From contig CM059431.1 of assembly GCA_030390025.1 (NCBI GenBank), positions 139,316,001 through 139,380,000 of the forward strand: a stretch of DNA of 64,000 nt, written 5' to 3'. Under the pieces are notes generated by a model that worked only from the letters and a program-made list of their open reading frames with translations, was not told the DNA's origin and did no database searches. A program made the position numbers and the translations under genes. This DNA is from Squalus acanthias. Its lineage: Eukaryota. Below are positions 59,035 to 64,000 of the stretch, piece after piece (within the stretch, counting starts at the first letter, position 1; every line of letters begins with the position of its first letter).

Positions 59035-62000
59035 GGAAGGTAGAAACAGTGGATGTCCAAAGCTAGAAACCGTGGTGGTCCAAAGCTAGAAAGAGTGACG
59101 TTCCAAAGCTAGAAACAGTGGTGTTCCAAAGCTAGACACTGTGAAGATCCAAAGTAAGAAAGAATTGAGAACCAAAGCTAGAAACTGTGAAGGTCCAAAT
59201 CTAGACACAGTGGTGGTCCAAAGCTTGAGACAGTGAAGGTCCAAAGCTAGAAACAGTGAAGGTCGAAAGCTGGAAAGAGTGGTGGACCAAAGCTAGAAAC
59301 AGTGGAAGTCCAAATCTAGAAACAGTGGAGGACCAAAGCTAGAAACAGTGGCGGTCCAAAGCTAGAAACAGTGGTGGTCCAAAGCTAGAAACAGTGAAGG
59401 TCCAAAGCTAGAAACAGTGGAGGGCCAAAGCTAGAAACAGTGGTGGACCAAAGCTAGAAACAGTGGTGGTCCAAATCTAGAAACAGTGGAGGTCCAAAGC
59501 TAGAAACAGTGGAGGTCCAAAGCTATAAACAGTGGTGGTCCAAAGCTAGAAACAGTGGAGATCCAAAGCTAGAAACAGTGAAGGTCCAAAGCTAGAAACA
59601 GTGAAGGTCCAAAGCTAGAAACAGTGATAGTCCAAAGCTAGAAACAGTGAAGGTCCAAAGCTAGAAAGAGTGGAGATCCAAAGCTAGAAACAGTGAAGGT
59701 CCAAAACTAGAACCAGTGAAGGTCCAAAGCTAGAAACAGTGCAGGTCCAAAACTAGAAATAGTGAAGGTCCAAATCTAGAAAGAGTGGAGATCCAAAGCT
59801 AGAAACAGTGAAGGTCCAAAGCTAGAAACAGTGAAGGTCCAAAGCTAGAAACAGTGAAAGTCCAAAGCTAGAAACAGTGAAGGTCCAAAGCTAGAAAGAG
59901 TGGAGATCCAAAGCTAGAAACAGTGAAGGTCCAAAACTAGAAACAGTGAAGGTCCAAAGCTAGAAACAGTGCAGGTCCAAAACTAGAAATAGTGAAGGTC
60001 CAAAGCTAGAAACAGTGAAGGTCCAAAGCTAGAATGAGTGGAGATCCAAAGCTAGAAACAGTGAAGGTCCAAAGCTAGAAACAGTGAAGTTCCAAAGCTG
60101 GAAGCAGTGAAGGTCCAAAGCTAGAAACAGTGAAGGTCCAAAGCTAGAAACAGTGAAGATCCAAAGCTAGAAACAGTGTAGGTCCAAAGCTAGAAACATT
60201 GAAGGTCTAAAGCTAGAAACTGTGGAGGTCCAAAGCTAGAAACAGTGGAGGTCCAAAGCTAGAAACAGTGAAGTTCCAAAGTTAGAAAAAGTGAAGGTCC
60301 AAAGCTAGAAACAGTGTAGGTCCAAAGCTAGAAACAGTGAATGTACAAAGCTAGAAATGGTGGAGGTCCAAAGCTAGAAACAGTGAAGGTCCAAAGCTAT
60401 AAACAGTGTAGGTCCAAAGCTAGAAACAGTGAAGGTCCAAAGCTAGAAACAGTGAAGGTCCAAAGCTAGAAACAGTGAAGTTCCAAAGCTAGAAACAGTG
60501 AAGGCCAAAAGCTAGAAACAGTGGAGTTCCAAAGCTAGAAAGAGTGGAGATCCAAAGCTAGAAACAGTGAAGGTCCAAAGCTAGAAAGAGTGAAGGTCTA
60601 AAGCTAAAACAGTGGCGGTCCAAAGCTAGAAACTGTGGAGGTCCAAAGCTAGAAACAGTGGAGGTCCAAAGCCAGAAACAGTGAAGATCCAAAGTTAGAA
60701 AAAGTGAAGGTCCAAAGCTAGAAACAGTGTAGGTCCAAAGCTAGAAACAGTGAATGTTCATAGCTAGAAATGGTGGAGGTCCAAAGCTAGAAACAGTGAA
60801 GGTCCAAAGCTAGAAACAGTGTAGGTCCAAAGCTAGAAACAGTGTTGGTCCAAAGCTAGAAACAGTGAATGTTCAAAGCTAGAAATGGTGGAGGTCGAAA
60901 GCTAGAAACAGTGAAGGTCCAAAGCTAGAAGCAGTGGAGGTTCAATGCTAGAAACAGTGAAGGTCCAATGCTAGAAACAGTGTTGGTACAAAGCTAGAAA
61001 CAGTGGAGTTCCAAATCTAGAAACAGTGGAGGTCCAAATTTGGAAAATGTGGAGGTCCAAAGCTAAAGAGAGTGAAGGTCCGAAGTTAGAAACAGTGGAG
61101 GTCCAAAGCTGGAAACAATGAACATCCAAAGCTCGAAACAGTGGAGGTCCAAAGCTAGAAACAGTGGAGGTCCAAAGCTAGAAACAGTGAAGATCCAAAG
61201 CTAGAAACAGTGAAGTTCCAAAGCTGGAAACAGTGAAGGTCCAAAGAACGAAAAAGTGGCGATCCAAAGCTAGAAACTGTGAAGGTCCAAATCTAGACAC
61301 TGTGCAGGTCCAAAGCTAGAGACAGTGAAGGTACAAATCTAGAAACAGTGAAGGTCCAAAGCGAGAAAGAGTGGTGGTCCAAAGCTAGAAACAGTGGTGG
61401 TCCAAAGCGAGAAAGAGTGGAGATCCAAAGCTAGAAACAGTGGAAGTCTAAAGCTAGAAACAGTGAAGTTCCAAAGCTAGAAACAGTGAAGGTCCAAAGC
61501 TAGAAACAGTGAAGGTCCAAAGCTAGAAACAGTGAAGGTCCAAAGCTAGAAACAGTGAGGTCCGAAGCTAGAAACAGTGAATGTTCAAAGCTAGAAACGG
61601 TGGAGGTCAAATCTAGAAACAGTGGAGGTCCAAAGCTAGAAACAGTGAAGGTCCAAAGCCAGAAATGCTGGAGGTCCAAAGCGAGAAACAGTGAAGGTCC
61701 AAAGCTAGAAACACTGGAGGTCAAATCTAGAAACAGTGGAGGTCCAAAGCTGGTAACAGTAAAGTTCCAAAGTTAGAAACAGTGAAGGTCCAAAGCTAGA
61801 AACAGTGAAGATCCAAAGCTAGAAATATCGGGGGTCCAAAGCTAGGAACAGTGAAGGTCCAAAGCTAGAAATAGTGAAGGTCCAAAGCTAGAAATAGCGG
61901 AGGTCCAAAGCTAGAAACAGCGAAGTTCCAAAGTTGGAAACTGTGGAGGTCCAAAACTAGAAAGAGTGAAGGTCCAAACCTAGAAAAAATGGAGGCCCAA

Positions 62001-64000
62001 AGCTAGAAACAGTGAAGGTCCAAAGCTAAAAACAGTGACGATCCAAAGCTAGAAACAGTGAAGCTCCAAAGCTAGAAACAGTGAAGGTCCAAATCTAGAA
62101 ACAGAGTTGGTCAAAAGTTAGAAACAGCGAAGGTCCAAAGCTAGAAACAGTTGAGATCCAAAGCTAAAAACAGTGGCGGTCCAAAGCTAGAAACAGTGAA
62201 GGTCCAAAGATAGAAACAGTGAAGTTCCAAAGCTAGTAACAGTGATGACCAAAGCTAGAAATAGTGAAGGTCCAAAGCTGGAAACAGTGAATGTTCAAAG
62301 TTAGAAACAGCGAAGGTCCTAAGCTAGAAACAGTGAAGGTCCAAAGCTGGAAACAGTGTTGGTGCAAAGCTAGAAACAGTGGATGCCAAAGATAGAAACA
62401 GTGAAGGTCGAAAGCTAGAAACAGTGGAGGTCCAAAGCTAGAAACAGTGTTGGTGCAAAGCTAGAAAAATTGAAGGTCCAAAGATAGAAACAGTGAAGGT
62501 CGAAAGCTAGAAACAGTGGAGGTCCAAAGCTAGAAACAGTGGAGGTCCAAAGCTAGAAATAGTGAAGGTCGAAAGCTAGAAACAGTGGAGGTCCAAAGCT
62601 AGAAACAGTGGAGGTCAAAAGCAAGAAACATTGGAGGTCCAAAGCTACAAAGAGAAGAAGTCCAAACCTAGGAGCAGTGAAGGTGCAAAGGTAGAGACAG
62701 TGAAGGTCCAAAGCGAGAGGCAGTGGAGTTCCAAATCTAGAAACAGTGAAAGTCCAAAGCTAGAAAGAGTGGAGATCCAAAGCTAGAAACAGTGAAGGTC
62801 CAAAGCTAGAAACAGTGATGGTGCAAAGCTAGAAACAGTGAAGGTCCAAAGCTAGAAAGAGTGGAGATCCAAAGCTAGAAACAGTGAAGGTCCAAAGCTA
62901 GAAACAGTGAAGTTCCAAAGCAAGAAACAGTGAAGGTCCAAAGCTAGAAACAGTGGAGGTCCAAAGCTAGAAACAGTGAAGGTCCAAAGCTACAAACATT
63001 GGAGATCCAAAGCTAGAAACAGTGAAGATCCAAAGTTAGAAAAAGTGAAGGTCCAAAGTTAGAAACAGTGTAGGTCCAAAGCTAGAAACAGTGAATGTTC
63101 AAAGCTAGAAATGGTGGAGGTCGAAAGCTAGAAACAGTGAAGGTCCAAAGCTAGAAACAGTGTAGGTCCAAAGCTAGAAACAGTGTTGGTCCAAAGCTAG
63201 AAAAAGTGAATGTTCAAAGCTAGAAATGGTGGAGGTCGAAAGCTAGAAACAGTGAAGGTCCAAAGCTAGAAGCAGTGGAGGTTCAATGCTAGAAACAGTG
63301 AAGGTCCAAAGCTAGAAACAGTGTTGGTACAAAGCTAGAAACAGTAGAGTTCCAAATCTAGAAACAGTGGAGTTCCTAATTTGGAAAATGTGGAGGTCCA
63401 AAGCTAATGAGAGTGAAGGTCCGAAGTTAGAAACAGTGGAGGTCCAAAGCTGGAAACAATGAAGATCCAAAGCTAGAAACAGTGGAGGTCCAAAGTTAGA
63501 AACAGTGGAGGTCGAAAGCTAGAAACAGTGAAGATCCAAAGCTAGAAACAGTGAAGTTCCAAAGCTGGAAACAGTGAAGGTCCAAAGAACGAAAAAGTGG
63601 CGATCCAAAGCTAGAAACTGTGAAGGTCCAAATCTAGACACTGTGGAGGTCCAAAGCTAGAGTCAGTGAAGGTACAAATTTAGAAACAGTGAAGTTCCAA
63701 AGCGAGAAATAGTGGTGGTCCAAAGCTAGAAACAGTGGTGGTCCAAAGCGAGAAAGAGTGGAGATCCACAGCTAGAAACAGTGGAAGTCTAAAGCTAGAA
63801 ACAGTGAAGTTCCAAAGCTAGAAACAGTGAAGGTCCAAAGCTAGAAACAGTGAAGGTCCAAAGCTGGAAACAGTGAAGATCCAAAGCAAGAAACAGCGGG
63901 GTTCCATTGCTAGGAACAGTGAAGGTCCAATGCTAGAAATAGTGAAGCTCCAATTCTAGAAATAGCGGAGGACCAAAGCTAGAAACAGCGAAGTTCCAAA
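59035..64000. repeat. 23-bp satellite (CCAAAGCTAGAAACAGTGAAGGT)n, over 200 copies, continuing past the window end
   Basis: Continuous 23-bp periodicity over about 5 kb. Confidence 0.97.

Noticed and set aside
59035..64000. CRISPR array or repeat-protein gene (ORFs at about 61500-61776)
   Set aside because: Head-to-tail 23-bp units, not a multiple of 3; the short ORFs are chance products

Overview
Vertebrate genomic DNA that is almost entirely repeats. The CR1 families, Penelope fragments and the two-exon GPR139/142-like gene suggest a cartilaginous fish (inference). Host genes are one intact single-exon beta-1,3-galactosyltransferase (B3GALT5-like, 57297-58226, minus) and one GPR139/142-like GPCR pseudogene (27923-29608, minus). 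The main discovery is a defective endogenous retrovirus at 5354-15001. Its pol runs RT, tether, RNase H, integrase. Its env resembles the F-protein-type env of lokiretroviruses and appears to carry an extra N-terminal immunoglobulin-like domain plus a Pro/Thr stalk. The window also holds a complete PIF/Harbinger transposon (49201-53406) with an intact transposase and a disabled three-exon Myb/SANT partner, nested in a CR1 tail that is itself inside a MITE. A 230-bp palindromic Penelope-derived insertion has a 12-bp TSD and minimal hammerhead ribozymes on both strands. The rest is more than a dozen CR1 copies or fragments (one with an uninterrupted ORF2), Harbinger-type MITEs, and tandem arrays with 26-, 48- and 23-bp units. 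All calls come from reading the sequence and the ORF track; no searches were run.
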